The position numbers were made by a program, and so were the translations under genes. 64,000 bases of DNA from Eledone cirrhosa (lineage: Eukaryota). Positions 63,200-64,000 of the stretch are shown piece after piece (position 1 is the stretch's first letter; each line of letters starts with the position of its first letter). The notes below the pieces were generated by a model. It did not search any database, was not told the origin of the DNA, and saw nothing but the letters and a program-made list of their open reading frames with translations. The DNA lies in NCBI GenBank assembly GCA_964016885.1, contig OZ024742.1:291028001-291092000 (forward strand), read 5' to 3'.

Positions 63200-64000
63200 T
63201 ATACATCTATATATGGAGATTGAGAGAGAAAAAGTGAGAGATATGTAATATTTATTTATCTTTGTTTTTATCATTATTTTTATAATGTGTACGTATGTGT
63301 GTCTGTATATATATATATGTATATGTGGGGCTGTATGTATGTATATGTATATATTTGTGTGTATATATGTGTATGTGTTCCATTTTTAGCATATGCCATT
63401 TCCTCCATAGTTATCATCTGACCACATGGGGTTTCTCAACTAAAGCCATTATAAGAATACTCTGATGTTCTAAGAGAGGCCTCACATGTTTTGAAGAATA
63501 CATTTACAGTTTGTATGGAGTAGACTCACAACAACAACAGCAGCTGCAGCAATAGCATCACCACAACAACAACAATAACAACCACCACGAACCCCACCCA
63601 CAACCACAACATCAACAAACCAAGCTAGACCAATATGTTCCAGCACATGTTGTTGATGTTCTTTTGTATAGGGATTATAGGAGCAGCACCATTTGATTCT
63701 GAGGTATTTATCTTTGTTTCTTAATAACATCCATTTGACTACTCACTGATATTGGAGTGGAGTTAGCCACCCATGGGTATGAGCCCCACGAGGTGAAGTG
63801 GCTGTTCCAGTGTGTCTCCCTCGCCATCCTCCAGGGCAATGTATTCTCCATCCTGGGACCCAGAGGTGGAGGGTAAGTTAGTTGGAGGTGGAGAATACTT
63901 GTTCAGACATCACTTTCTCTCTATTTCTTTAAAATTATAGTTATGATTTATTATGGATGTTTTTATAGTCATTGTTTAGTGAATAAAGCCTTAATGGATA

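Overview
AT-rich eukaryotic DNA dense in (TA)n microsatellites. The repeat content (RTE LINEs with (ATG)n tails, tRNA-derived SINEs, Penelope remnants) suggests an octopod cephalopod, which is an inference. Positions 815-30866 (+) hold the last 18 coding exons of a TXNDC16/ERp90-like ER thioredoxin-fold gene. I assembled these by hand: all have GT-AG borders, the phases are consistent, and they give about 718 aa ending in HEEL*. The gene start lies upstream of the window. From about 31 kb to 64 kb the window is an intergenic pile-up of retroelements inserted into (TA)n: about ten RTE copies carrying a PHD finger behind the RT, SINEs, Penelope-like (GIY-YIG) remnants and a non-autonomous LTR element with a tRNA-Trp primer binding site. 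The most notable signal is non-coding: many type I hammerhead ribozyme (HHR) motifs. These include a ~430-450 bp non-coding repeat unit, in tandem and inverted arrays at 36.4-37.3 kb and 60.8-62.9 kb, that carries a compact HHR with covarying stem I and an upstream octamer, i.e. a retrozyme or satellite-2-like system. A Penelope pseudo-LTR also carries a non-canonical CAGUUGA hammerhead core in three copies. Homology calls are from motif recognition and memory, with no database search, and repeat boundaries are approximate.
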